From: Octopus vulgaris
Lineage: Eukaryota
Assembly: GCA_951406725.2 (NCBI GenBank)
Contig: OX597830.1
Coordinates: forward strand, 52,824,001 to 52,888,000
Direction of reading: 5' to 3'
DNA length: 64,000 nucleotides
The translations under genes were made by a program, and so were the position numbers. The notes below the pieces were generated by a model that was not told the origin of the DNA, ran no database searches, and saw only the letters and a list, made by a program, of their open reading frames with translations. The first letter of the stretch is position 1. Each line of letters opens with the position of its first letter. Below are positions 10,480-23,867 of this stretch, piece after piece.

Positions 10480-12170
10480 TCATATTTCTTCTATTATTTC
10501 CATTCAAACATATCATTATGTTCATTATAAAGTCAGTTATGATTATATTTGTTGTTAAAAAAAATTAATTGTTGCATTAAATAAATGTTTGTTTTTGCAT
10601 AATTAGCATTTTTATTAGACCTACCTAAAAACTTAGGACGGTAAAAATTATGCCTATTAACAAAAATGGCCATTGTTTCTTTATGTATTGGTGAATCAAA
10701 TTTATTTTGGTACAGTACATGTAGATGGGTGTTATTATGTAGTGGGAAAATATCTAGATTCAAACGGATAAATATTCTGTTATTGTGAAAAAACTGAACT
10801 GCCTAATAATTTGACAGGCAGCGTTTGGCATTGTTAGGACCTGTTTTTGTTGTTGATGAGCTTTTATTCCTATTTGCAACCATTCCATCACTGTTTATTA
10901 TGTTATGAGCTGTGGTTTTTCCATAGGCCCCCCCCCTACTGAGTTTTATGTTATTTAGTTTGTGTATATAGGCGCAGGAGTGGCTGTGTGGTAAGTAGCT
11001 TGCTAACCAACCACATGGTTCCGGGTTCAGTCCCACTGCGTGGCATCTTGGGCAAGTGTCTTCTGCTATAGCCCCAGGCCGACCAATGCCTTGTAGGTGG
11101 ATTTGGTAGACGGAAACTGAAAGAAGCCTGTCGTATATATGTATATATATATGTATGCGTGTGTGTCTGTGTTTGTCCCCCTAGCATTGCTTGACAACCA
11201 ATGCTGGTGTGTTTACGTCCCCGTCACTTAGCAGTTCGGCAAAAAGAGACTGATAGAATAAGTACTGGGCTTACAAAGAATAAGTCCCGGAGTCGATTTG
11301 CTCGACTAAAGGCGGTGCTCCAGCATGGCCGCAGTCAAATGACTGAAACAAGTAAAAGATAAAGAAGATAGTATTCTAGATTGTGAGAGATCACATATAC
11401 TAATTTTACATTATACCTGATGTTGTGATATTTGGAAGATTTGGGGGAGTGCCTATCTAACTCTGAGAAGAATTCCTGACCTATTTTGGATTCTATTTGA
11501 GAATTGAAAACTGGGTTAAACCAAATAATTTTATCACTTATGTTCCCATTTCTTTTAATATATCTATTGGGTTTGCTACTGTATTTCATTTTATCTCTTT
11601 CTACTGTCTTTTTACTATTTCTTTCTGGTCCCTTTCTTTCTACCCTTGTCTGCTACTTCATGAGTTCTGTTTTATATCCTTCTTAATGTTGTGGTTCCAT
11701 TTTGGTCCCTATTATATTTACTGTTTTTCTAGGTTCTGGTATTCTGTGGTTATTTACAGGATTATCTCTAATATTAATAACACTCCCTGGGTATTAAGCC
11801 TTCTCTGTCCTATTCTGTATATATACTATTCTATCCTTATGTCCTGCCCTAGCTAGTGCTGCGATGTGATATTCAGCATGCATGTTGAATATCCATTTGT
11901 CCGCGGATAGCCTGGATATTCTATTATACATGCTTCTCAGGATGCTTCATAGTATATGTTCTGGATGGTTAGATCTGTGGTTCACATATTTTAAGTTTTT
12001 GTTTGGCTTATGGGACAGTTTGAACTTTCCATCGTTGAGGCTAAGCTTTATGTCCAGGAATTTTACAACTCTGATTTTTTTCCTGTTTCTATTTCTTATC
12101 CAAAATTCTTAAAAAGTTTTGTCTTACATCTTTCTATTTCTACATTACTACTTTTTTGTACTGTAAATAA
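10480..12170 (-). mobile_element. Decayed PLE fragment interrupted by a SINE
   Basis: IIWFNPVFNSQIESKIGQEFF.ELDRH.P....YHNI...VKLVY resembles the PLE post-RT linker (IIWFNPP...NIGK.FL..IDKHFP). Boundaries are approximate. Confidence 0.55.
10971..11365 (+). mobile_element. Full-length tRNA-derived CORE-like SINE (other copies at about 998-1690, 24750-25040(-), 28335-28680, 40500-40860(-))
   Basis: A/B-box-like head TGGCTGTGTGGTAAG..GGTTCAGTCCC, CTTGGGCAAGT core, internal microsatellite, tail GCATGGCCGCAGTCAAATGACTGAAACAAGTAAAAGA. Multicopy in the window. Confidence 0.85.
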
Positions 12171-15100
12171 TGCGTCGTCACTATATAAACCCCCACCCAC
12201 CCACTGAGTTCAGGAACCAAGATTTTATTTGCAATAATAAGTATATTCTTACTATATCTGTTACTTGCACTGAGTTGCTAGACCCCATTTTTATATCAAA
12301 TGAATCTTCCCTGTCTGACTGGGTCCAAAGTTTACCTCCCTATTCTATTATAGTACTCTTAGCCACTAAAATTATATCTATTTCATCTCAAGAATTCACA
12401 CGTCAAACTGCCAAACAGTGGAAGATAAACAAATGTCACTGCTGCTCAAGCAGTGTCAAAGACAGTAAAGACACCCATATATGCAAAGTGTCATGCAGTG
12501 AGACTGATTTTGAAATTGTGGTTGGAAAGCAAAATTTTGAATCACACACAGCTATGCCTGCGTGTATTACAAAAATACTTAAAGGTGATTATAGGCTCAG
12601 ATGAGTCTTCCTCATAAGATTTCTTATGAGCACCTGAGAACCAAATTAAGGCCAACAATGGTACCCCACCAACCCTTCTGTTAAAAAACAAGTGCTGAAT
12701 GTGAAATAATAGATTAAGGATTCAATTTTTTTCCATGTCAGATTGCACATCATCATCCTTTTACATCCACTTTGCATGCTGGCATGGCTTGGATGAGTTG
12801 TCTGCTCCTATTTGGAGGTACTATCCTCATAGTTTGGGGCCCATGTTTCACTTGTATGTTTCATTTGACATGGTTTCTATGGCTGGGTGCCCTTCCTGAC
12901 TACAACCATATTGCAGAGTATTCAGGCTACATTTTATCATGACACTAGTGCTAAAGAACTTGTGTGTCCTTAGCAAAATTAAAATATCCTCCTTTTCATT
13001 CACCGAAAACTTTACAAGGTGTACAGGGCTACCTTTTACCATAACACTAACACTTGAGAGGTTGTTTAGTCCTTGTAAGACAAAAGTTTTCTCTTCTCCA
13101 GGTTTCTCTGTTCCTTCAGTGCAAATGCAACTGTGAGGGTGAACTAAAGGAGGAATATGGGTATGTTGACAAAGCAAATAGGGTAGTAGGGGAGGTAGTA
13201 ATGGAAGAGAGACAGTGGTAGGCAGCTACTTGTTAATGGGAGACTGGGTGGGTGATTAAATGAAATGGGTTAAAGTGATGCAAGCCAATGGAGAGCTGTA
13301 TATATATATATTATCATCATCATGGGTCAAACACATTGAGGCAGATTTTCTACCGCCAGATGCCCTTCATGTTGCCATTCCTCCACTTTTTCCATGCTAA
13401 GTAATATTCTCCTAGTTCTTTGAACATGAACAGCACAATGACCAGACATGTTTTCACAGAAGATTGGAAATAAACATTGCTTCTGTAACAATGTTTGTTT
13501 ACAACTACCAGGAAATGTCAATGAGATAGAAACACACACAAACATATTTCTGTTATAGTTTCCATCTATCAATTCCACTCACAAAGCTTTGGTTGGCCCA
13601 GAGCTATAATGAAAGACCATTTGCACAATATGCTTCAAAGTGGGAGTGAACCTGAAAACACATGGTTGGGAATGAAACTCTTCAACCACACAGCCATGCC
13701 TGTGCCTCTAACAGAGTGAACTGGTGCAAATGTTATATCATCAGCATCATCATCATTATTATTTAATGTCTGTTTTCCATGCTGCCATGGGTTGGATGGT
13801 CTGTCAGGAGCTAACAAGGCCAGGAATCACACTAGGTTCCATTATCTGTCTTGGCATGCTTTCTACAGCTGGATGTCCTTCTTAATGCTATATATATAGA
13901 TATATATATATATATTGGCCTGCTCGCTTAGCCAGGGGGTGGCATCATTTGAAGGCTAAAACAGTGTGAAGTGCATTGTGACCAGCAATGTGTAGCAACA
14001 TCTGATAGCTTGGTCAATCACGGTGATATATATATGGTTTCTTTACAAACTGACCAACATATAGATCATACAGATCTTTCTTTGAACATCTGAAAAGTAT
14101 AATACATTGGTGCCAAAAACAGAATATTTACCAAATTTATTTTTGCTCTGTTTTTCATTATGCATTTCTCAGAAGACTTGATCTGATTTGAACATTGAGA
14201 AATTTACAAGACCTAGATACAAGCATGGTTGTACGTTTAAGAGATTTACTTCCCAAACACATGATTTCGGGTTGAGTTTGGCTGCTTTGGGTAAATGTCT
14301 TCTACAGAAGTCACGGAAGTTAAAACCATGTGAGCATGTTTCAATGACAGAAAATAAAAGGACCCCATAGTGTGTGTGTGTGTGTTTGTGTTTGTGTGTC
14401 CTTGTTTTGACATCAAATAATACTTGTAAATGAGTGTTACTGCCATAAAACTGTTTTGCATTTCTAGTGTTCAGTGAAAACATGCCTGGCAATGGGGAAA
14501 TTTTATCTTACTTGGAAACAGGTGAGGGTTGATGATAGGAAAGGCATCAAGCTGTAGAAAAATTTGCCTTAATAAACATCATCTGACACATGCAAGCTTG
14601 GAGAACTGGACATTAAAACAATGATGATTGTTCTGATTTATGCTGCCCGTGTATGAAATACACTCAATACAAAAGTGCCGGCATTAAGAAGGGCATTAAT
14701 TACAGATACTGGAACTTGTCAGATCCTCAGAGACTGTCCAATTTGAAGCAGCATTGGAAACAGATGCTAAATGATGGCGATGATGATATACAAAGGCATG
14801 GCTATATGTTTGAAAAGTTCACTTCCCAACCACATGGTTTTGGGTTCAATCCCACTACACAGCACCATGAGTGTCTTTTAGTAGTCTTGCGCTGAGCAAA
14901 ACCTTGTGAGTAGATTTGGTAAATAGAAACTGAAAGAAGATTTATATATATAAATATATATAAAGTTGAAATTTATAGAAAAACAAAGATGAAGACAGAT
15001 GTATGAACAACAAGTAAGTGTATTAGTTTGACACTCAGGAAAATGAAAAAGTTTATGTTTTGAGCCTATGCTCTTCAACAGAAAGGAATAAGAGAAAATA

Positions 15101-15618
15101 AACAGAGAGAAAAAAACTTGTAGATTTCAGTGGTCCAGCATGGCAAATATATACATACACACACACACATATATATATCATCATCATCATTGTCTTAACA
15201 TCCATTTTTCCTTGTTCACATAGGGTGGATGGAATTTGTTGAGGCAGATTTTCTATGACCATTAAATTCCTGTCACCAACATTCATCTGTTTGCCTGGTG
15301 ATATTTCCCATGACCAGACATGTTTTCATGGAAGATTGGAGATGAGGGATATTGCTTTCAAGACAGTAACACTCATTTATAACTATCATGCATACAACGG
15401 GCTTCATTCAGTTTCTGTCTTCCAAATCCGTTCACAAGGCTCCAGTCGTCCCAGCACTTTAGCAGAAGACACCTGCCCAAAATGTGTGTGTGTATACATA
15501 TGTATGTGTGTATGATTGCGTGCATGTTAAGTATGTTAGTTTACATCTGCAACCACTTGTACGAAATTGAGGTGGTCAGTATTGTTCATAGTTTCTCCTC
15601 TCAACAAAGTCTGAGCAC

Positions 15619-16309
15619 CAATGGCAGCTCATAGAATAAATTAGTGGTGGGGGGGGTTGCTTCAGAAAATTCTTTAGCCATCGTATTAATATTGTGTAAA
15701 AGGAAACAAACATATAAAAAGAATATTTATACATAAACTTGATCGGTTCGCGTTTTAGCCACTGCCGATTAGTGTGTTTAATTTGTTCACTGAACACTGC
15801 CGCAAATTTCCCCCCAAATTCTCCCTAAATCACAAAATAAGGGGAGAAAATCTGCCCTAATTTTCAAATCCTGACAGCAACACTGAAGCTGGGAGCAGGA
15901 TAATAATCTAATTCTACACTTTAACAAACCCAAGAATATAAACACGTTTTTAAGCATAACACACGTGGAGTCAAAAAGAAACACTACCTTTCACCGACAT
16001 TGCATGAACGACAGTGCTGTCTCTCCCTAGCATGAAGCCTCCTATCTCGGACATGTGAGCATGCACACAACAGCCAAACACCGCAATGCTGAAACTCTGA
16101 AGCGTACAGTTTTATACAAGGATTTTTGTATTTTTTTCATAAAGTAGGGGATAGCTACTGGCATTAAGCTTAAGGATTATATAACATACATGTATAAAGA
16201 AAGAATTAAAGGGAAAAAAAACTCATTATATTGAATGTTGTCGATAATATCGAACGGAAATAGGGGGGGGGTGCAGTTTCGCAGTGCCTATATATACGAA
16301 TCACCACTG
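15619..16309. mobile_element. Non-autonomous hAT-type DNA transposon
   Basis: 8-bp TSD CTGAGCAC (15611-15618, 16310-16317). Imperfect TIRs CAATGGCAGCTC/CAGTGGTGATTC with subterminal G runs. Confidence 0.7.
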
Positions 16310-16378
16310 CTGAGCACTCAGTGTTTTCGATACCATGTGGAATAAGTGATCTCTGACTTGAAACAAGGGAAGAGATAC

Positions 16379-16580
16379 GGTACTACTTAAGAAGAGTGGT
16401 CCCGGTGCGCGCACTCGCGCATCCGCGCTAGCTAGTCGTGACTAGTCTATCCTTGCTTTGTTTAAAAAAATTATTTATTTTGTGTTTTATTTACTTTGCT
16501 AGGTAGTAGTTGTAGGATCGACTAGTCACGACTTGCTTGCGCGAGTACGCGCACTGGGCTCACTCTTCTTAATTAGTACC
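16379..16580. mobile_element. Merlin-type MITE
   Basis: About 70-bp imperfect TIRs starting GGTAC, with an exact 8-bp TSD AGAGATAC. GG termini plus an 8-bp TSD fit Merlin/IS1016. Confidence 0.75.
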
Positions 16581-17149
16581 AGAGATACAATATCTCGAAG
16601 TATCAACTAACCCATACCAGCATGGGAAAACGAACCTAAAACGAACGAACATACACACACACACACAAGGTCGACAATCTCGTTAAAATTAAGTCATGAT
16701 ACTAAAACTGTTCATTAACAATAATTATAATAATTTCTGAAGAAAAAGTAATAATATTATTTCTGTTACTAATTGGGCTGCTTTCCATTTGCTTAATAAT
16801 ATAACAAACCTATTACTTTGAGCGAGAGGTGACCTTGTTTAAGTTTTGTGGCCAAAACTCGAGTGCCACTCTTAGTCATGCAATCTGCCAGATTATTTTG
16901 TTTAATCCAGGTTAGTATTGAGTATATGATCAAAATCATTCCAACACTGATCATTCCGCCAATTATTCAAAGACAGTGTATCAAGGCCCACGTTTCAGCC
17001 TTCCCTTTTTAATATAGTTGAATGCTACGTAAAGGAAATTTGGCTGCTATTTCTAATAGATCGATTGACCGCATAAGAGGCTACTTCCCTGGCTTGACTT
17101 GTTATCTTATTCCTGTCTACCTTTGATGACAGATAATAAAAACAGTTAA

Positions 17150-17277
17150 GACCACACCTGTGGCTGGTACGCATGCGCCCAGGTGTGTACTTGAACGATT
17201 GGAATGTTTAGTTGAACCTCTCATTAATTGATTAAACTTAACTTTTGATCTAATTATTTCCCCCCCGCAAGGTAAGG
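17150..17277 (+). promoter_or_regulatory. Candidate promoter and non-coding first exon of the CD225 gene
   Basis: NRF1-like CGCATGCGC flanked by inverted CACACCTG/CAGGTGTG E-boxes, followed by a strong donor CAAG|gtaagg at 17272. The link to the 20068 acceptor is inferred. Confidence 0.3.
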
Positions 17278-17348
17278 AATCATAATTTAATATAGTCCTA
17301 CTAATGTTTACTCAACATGTGTTTAATGTAACAAATATGAACATACAT

Positions 17349-17387
<39 letters not shown>

Positions 17388-17573
17388 TGAAAGAGAGAGA
17401 GCTATATCTTAAATTTAAATAGTATACATCGTTCATATAACTATATATTTTTTATATATTTCAATTTCTATGACTTGAATTTGGACATTCCGTTTTAAAT
17501 AAAATAGTTAAAACTTACAATTACTCGTTAACTTTTAAATTTTCAACCCAAACATTTCTTTTATCCCCCCCTC

Positions 17574-17628
<55 letters not shown>

Positions 17629-17636
17629 TACATGGG

Positions 17637-17676
<40 letters not shown>

Positions 17677-19589
17677 TGGGGTTTAAATTTAAGCAGGTTT
17701 AAGAATAATAATCTAACATTTACTAAAGGAGTGACTCAATAGTGTGAAACAAATCGTCAAATTTATTGTAAAAATTTGTGCTCAGTATAAGTTTCACGCA
17801 CTTCCGATTTCCTTAATACATCCCACCTGTTACTAATGTTATTTTTATTGAGAAAGCGTGTGTTTCTCATATTTGCAGGGGATCTGCAAGAATTGTAAAA
17901 AGATGGGGTGAAAAGACGAATTGTTATTCTTATGAAAAATTGATATAGTTTTTGACTTTTTAAACTATGCTAAAGAAAGGTTAAATATATATATGCAAAC
18001 TATTTCGTTTTCTCATTAGTAAAGAATGGAGTTGGGCTGGATTTTTAGGTGAGGTACCTTGTATTTGTCAGGTCAAACACCTACAAATTTAACTGATACC
18101 CGTTTAACAAATACAGAAATAAAAAAAAGGACAATATTAGTTATGTACACAGTTACCTATTTCTTGTTTGATCTTTTTATTTCCTTATTAAAGAAATACA
18201 ATTTATAATTCTTCATGTCTTCTAAGCAAAACGATAAAAAAATGGCTAGCTTTTAGAAATAACCATGGGTTACTGAAGGTGCACCTGAGTACCAGTAATA
18301 TATTTAAGCTAATTTAGCCTTACTCTTTCTCCATTGTGGAAAATAATTATTGCAGGGAATTTGTAGAATTAGAAGAGCATCGTATAAAATGTATTCCTCA
18401 AGTTATTTATGTTTCTTTTAGAAGTCGACTGAGCCATTTCATCTTTTTGTGGTTGACGTGATATAATCCTACTCGTGTACTAGAATTGCTCAGGTTTTGT
18501 GCCTATCTGAGAAATTATTGTCATAAAAATTTTTATTGCTATTTCCGCCAATGGTGTTTGAAAAAACATGAATTTTAAAATGCGTCTGCTCTCCAGGCCA
18601 ACTTGTTGCTTTTTCATTAGCTCTTGGTTAACGTATCGTCTCTCAAACCTTAATTAAGAACTTTTAAACTCAGACAAAAACGTTTGATTCTGAGCTGCAC
18701 TTCCCTCTATTTATATATACTTCAGAATTGTTTACCAGTACACACAATATTGTTGTTGTTTAGATGATATCTGCTTCCTTTTACTTCAACAATTAAAGAA
18801 TATATGAGATTATATATTAAAGAAGAATATGTGAGACTATTTATTCTCAAGACTAAGGCGACCAATCATTAAATGGCTATAGAATATAATGTTGTTTTTT
18901 TAATTAATTTTAAATATATATACCCATGAAGAAAATGGTGACATTTGAAACACAGTGTGTGTAATACGATCCTCTAACACAATCCAGTTTATCTTGAATT
19001 TTGAAACCAAGTAATTACCTTCGAAGAAATGCAGTTGTTAATTAAATTACGTCTTGTATAAGAAAGTAAATGAAGCTTAAAGCGCTCGTTTTAAATTAAA
19101 TATTTAATTATAATCTTTGAGTCGTTTGGTTGCTTTTGTTTACATTATAAATTGTTTCCTTATTTCTAGTTTGATATTAGTGAAAATGGACCTTGACTTT
19201 GAAACTATTGAGATGGAATGTGTGGGTAAACGGTTTACTATAGTTTGAAGCATTATTATTATTTTGGTGGGAGGATTAAGGACTAATGGGTGGTATGATT
19301 TAAATTTGGCTGCTATGCCTAACACGTAAAGGGTTTTCTAGAATATATTTAGGGTTGCCCAATGTGTTATTTCTTTTTAAAATACTTGTTAGGTTTCTGG
19401 TTGTGAGGGGCAATTTCAGAGGGATTAGATTATTTCTGTGTGTTCCAGTGACCACATTTGGCTCCAAAACAGAATTTAAATTTGAGAAGGAAGGATTTTA
19501 TACTAAAACCTGACTAGTGGGATGGGCCATGTTTGTAAATACTATAGTTTTGGGGGTTTTATTTTCGTAAATTTTCCGTTGAAATTAAG

Positions 19590-19775
19590 ACCTTAGGGTC
19601 TGACTTCTGCCTATTTAGTCACGATTTTAAGGTTTATATCGGGGTATCGGCATTAGTGTCTAACTTCCTATCCACGATTTTAGGATCTAACTTTCTGGTC
19701 ACAATTTAAGGGTTTCACTCTTGCTCACGACTTAGGGTTTAACTGCTTGTGAACATCTTTAAGGTTCACCTTTCT
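19590..19775 (+). repeat. Degenerate ~27-bp tandem repeat
   Basis: CACGATTTTAGGGTCTAACTT-like units. Confidence 0.55.
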
Positions 19776-20110
19776 CATATCATGCTCTCTTGTTTTAAGT
19801 AAAAAAAAAATGGTAAGGCACATTTTGTCATGTAGACTAAAATAAATAATGATGGAACTGTAATGGTTGGAATACCATTGATACTAGGTGTGTTGCATGA
19901 GAGCTGACCTAGAGCTACAAAAACAACACTATGACATTATAACTTAGGGGTCCACCTCTCTTGCCATGACTACTGCCACACATTACACTTTGTTGGTTAA
20001 ATTGTAATTTAAAATGAAAGAATAAAAACATTCTTAGTTTCACCCAGATATTTCTCTCTAATTTCAGATAAACTTTGAACATCACCTGAAAAGTCACAGA
20101 ACTTCTGGAG

Positions 20111-20375
20111 ATGTATTCTGACAAAGGTTCATCCAAAGCCATTGAGGCTGGTGAATACGAGATGGACCGCAAAAATTGGTCTTCTCAACTGAGCGTGGCT
20201 ACCACTGGTAGTCGGCACAGCCTCCACTCAGTGTACACTATACATTCTTCCTATGTCTTACCAATTCTGACAGAAACACCAGACCCTCTTAAGAAGCCAC
20301 CTGACTATTTAGGTTTCTCGATCTGCTCCATTTTCTGCAATCCACTCTTTGGTATATTTGCAATATTGCTGTCAG
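20111..20375 (+). CDS. CD225/dispanin (PRRT/IFITM-like) membrane protein, coding exon 1
   Basis: Acceptor atttcag at 20067, ATG at 20111. KPPDYLGFSICSIFCNPLFGIFAILLS is the CD225 motif. Donor TCAG|gtaagt (phase 1). Confidence 0.82.
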
Positions 20376-20629
20376 GTAAGTTATATTAATCATTTACTTC
20401 ACACCTTCTAGAAGTGGGGGAGGGGTTCTAAAACAATCCTCACTGCTTTCTTTGCTCATCTCTACCACATTCTCTCTACAAATAAATTTCTGATAACAAT
20501 GAATGCAGGAATGTCTATGTAGTGATGAAGCTGTTTTGAAACCATGTAGTTTCTCTGCCATAACCTTCTGTTCGTTAATGCTTTGTGAGTGAAATTTGGT
20601 AGAATAGATGTGTGTGTGCATGTTTCTGT

Positions 20630-23035
20630 CATCATCATGACAGGTAACAGAAACTATCTACAACTTCAAGAGAGCCTCCTGGGCATTTGAGAGAATCTAA
20701 GTCCCGTGTACTCTTAGTGCTTTTCTGTTCCTGCACATTTGTCACATACAAAGATTATCTGTTAATCTACCTGGGATTCCACTGCACCTCTTATGAGTCC
20801 ATAGTTTACACTGGGTGCAGCGAATGGAATTTCTTCCAACTCCTTTGCTACATATTGAGCAAGGCCATTTACCTGATGGGAAGAAAGTTTTATCTTCTTT
20901 CTTACTAACAACCACTTTTGTCTTAGCTAGGTTAACTTTAAGGCCCTTTGATTCCAGGTTTTGTTTCCATACCTGGAATTTCTTCTCCTATTGTGCTAAA
21001 AATTCTGTGATAAGAGCCAGGTTCTCAGCATATAGCAGTTCCCACAAGCACCCAGTTTTGAATTCCTCTGTTGTGGCCTGGAGGACTATAATGACTGAGT
21101 GGTTTGAGAACTGAGCCCTGGTGAACCCCTACCTGAATGCTAAATTCATCACTGTATTCATGGTTGACAGCACCACTATACATGGCTTGGGCAGCTCTAA
21201 CAAGCCACTCCTCTACTCCTAACTTCCTTAGAGACCACCCTATAACAGAGCGGGGAACTCTGTTGAAAGCTTTCTCCAGGTCGACGAAGGCTAAGTACAA
21301 TGGCTTATTTTTGACCAAGTACTTTTCCTGCAGCTGTCTCACTAGGAATATAGCATCTGTGGTACTCTTCCCAGATACAAAACCAAACTGAATCTCATCT
21401 AGTTTAATTCTATTTCTAATCAATTGAGCTTTAACCCTCTCAGTAATTTTCATGACTTGGTCTAGTAGTTTAATACCTCTGTAGTTGTTTTCACCTAAGG
21501 CATCGCCTTTACCCTTGTAGCAGCTAACTATAATGCTACTACACCAGTCATTGGGGATGATGCCTTCCTATATAACCTGATTAACTTTACAGGTGACTAA
21601 GCTGTATCCTACGTCACCAGAAATTTTAATCATCTCAGCAGTGATTCCTGATGGCCCAGGAATCACTTCATGTCCTTAATTGCCTTATCTATTATGCTGC
21701 TATCAACTCTGATGGCTGGTCCCTCAATTGGTTCAATATTTGGTAAATTCTCCTTCTCCCATCCATTTTCCACGTTTAGTAACCTTTCATAGTGACACTT
21801 TCATGCATCTTTCTTCTCTGAGTCACTAAGCGCAAGCATTCCATTATCAATTCGCACACATTTCTCACCTACCACATCTCTATTTTCTCTGATACACTGT
21901 TTTGCAATCCTCAACACCTCACACCTCTGATCCTCACGTTGTAGGACATTTGCAAATCTCTTACCTTCAGCTACTCCTTTTGCTATGTATACCTGACACT
22001 TAATTGCCCATTTAGTTACCTGATATAATTCTCTGCTTCCACCATTTTCCCAGTCTTTCCAGGCCTGTCATTTTGCTTTTATAGTACTGTCAACCTCCTT
22101 GCTCCACCACCATGTCACCCTTGGTCTAGCTGGGACTCTGCACCAACCACAGATTTCGTCTGTAGCCCCCAGTAGATTGTCCCATAGGAACTTTCAGTTG
22201 TCCTCTAAGCTATATGTTCCCAACTCTTCCTCTCTTTCATCAGAAGCTTCCATTAGTAAATCTCTAAATTTTTCTGTTTGCTGGGTCTTTGAGCTTCCAT
22301 AGTCTTCTTTTCCAGATTGGTTTATTTCTCTGAGTCTTTCTAGCTGTAATTCTGAAGTCACTAACTAGTAACCTATGTTAGGTTGTACACTCCTCACCTG
22401 GGAAAGACTTTGCATTTTTAAGCATCCATCTGTCTTGTTGCCTGGCAAGAAAGTAGTCAATCTATCTTATGTGCTCAGCAGACTGATGATTAGGTGGACA
22501 GCAGGTTTTTTGAAGTTAGTGTTGCAGATCATGAGATCATTTGCATCACAGAACTCCAGCAGTCTTGTTCCCTCCTCATTTCTAGGTCCAAAACCATAGC
22601 CACCATGCACTCCCTGGAATCCATGGACGTGCTGTCCAACATGTCCATTGAAGTCACCAGCCACAATAACAAAGTCTCCGTCATTTGTCATTGAGGTGGT
22701 CTGCAAAAGGATCTCATAGAATTGGTCCTACTGCTCATCAATCAGCCCAGACTGAGGAGCATAAGCAGAGATAAATGTAACTTTTAATTTGCTTATGATA
22801 AGTCTCATCTTAATTACTCTATCACGTATTCTGACTACCTTAATTCTTTATCTACCCACTTTTCTGCTAACAGTATGCCTACTCCACCCATTTCATCATT
22901 CTTGCTGACCCAAGAGAATTTCAGTCTCTGTCTCTTACCTACGAGGAATCTTGCTGAGGCTCCCCACCATCTTACTTCTTGTACACTACATACATCAAAA
23001 TAGCGTTGCTCTAACATTTCAACAATCTCTCCAGG
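20630..23035 (-). mobile_element. Decayed RTE-clade LINE within the CD225 intron
   Basis: Endonuclease motifs VQEVRW and AGDFNGHVG. RT motifs QFGF..GKSTTDAIF, FVDLEKAF.RVPR, GVHQGSVL. Confidence 0.9.
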
Positions 23036-23124
23036 TTCGGAAGAAAAGCCATCGTATTTAATAATACTTATTATGGATAAAATATAAATGTTTTTCTAAA
23101 GTTGTCTTTCGTTTTTGTTCTCAG

Positions 23125-23285
23125 AAAAATCCCGAGCATATTTCCACAGGTGTAAATACAGGAAGGCAGCATTGTGTGGCACCTACGCCTATGGAGTGGC
23201 CCTTAGCGGATTAATATGTACAACTATTTTGCTGCTTCTGATTGCGGCACTGTTAATCTGGAGTACCGTACCTTATGTTGAATAA
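23125..23285 (+). CDS. CD225/dispanin membrane protein, coding exon 2
   Basis: Acceptor ttgttctcag| in phase 1. Reads EKSRAYFHRCKYRKAALCGTYAYGVALSGLICTTILLLLIAALLIWSTVPYVE*, the basic loop plus C-terminal TM helix typical of dispanins. The spliced product is 141 aa. Confidence 0.82.
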
Positions 23286-23608
23286 GATGAATCTCTTGTG
23301 GAACTAGGACAGAAAGAAAGAGAAGACCTTCCCCTATTCCCTTCCTCATGAACAATACATATCTATATACATTCAAGCGTGTGTGTATGCATGCGTATAT
23401 ACACACGTATAAACACAGGAAAAAGTAGCCTAGTTATACATATGTATATATAACTCATTAAACCTGAGACTTCATTCAATTTGTAGCATCAAAGAAATAA
23501 TGTGTGTGTGTGTGTGTGTCTATTATTATTATAAGAATTTTTATTAGAAACATCAAATGATACGAAAGAATTGTTTTCGCAGTAGAACTCAAAGTAGACA
23601 AAGCTATA

Positions 23609-23643
<35 letters not shown>

Positions 23644-23804
23644 ACTGCTGTGTCCTTTAGAGTGTGGTTCTTTCTTGGATATATGATCTACTGATGAGAT
23701 ATATATATATTTATTTATATATGCCTTATTCACGCACATACACACTTCCTATTTACTTGATATATCTGCTTGTTTATAATGTTATTTTTATTTAGCAGGT
23801 GTGT

Positions 23805-23867
<63 letters not shown>

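Noticed and set aside
10971-11045. tRNA gene
   Set aside because: tRNA-derived SINE head with no cloverleaf, multicopy with the SINE body.
15975-16130. Possible Pol III ncRNA or first exon on the minus strand (TATAAA, T-run, AAG|gtagtg)
   Set aside because: No match to snRNA, MRP or 7SK motifs I know, and it lies inside the TSD-flanked hAT-type element.
19590-19775. Interstitial telomere or telomerase template
   Set aside because: TTAGGG occurs only sporadically within a longer degenerate unit.
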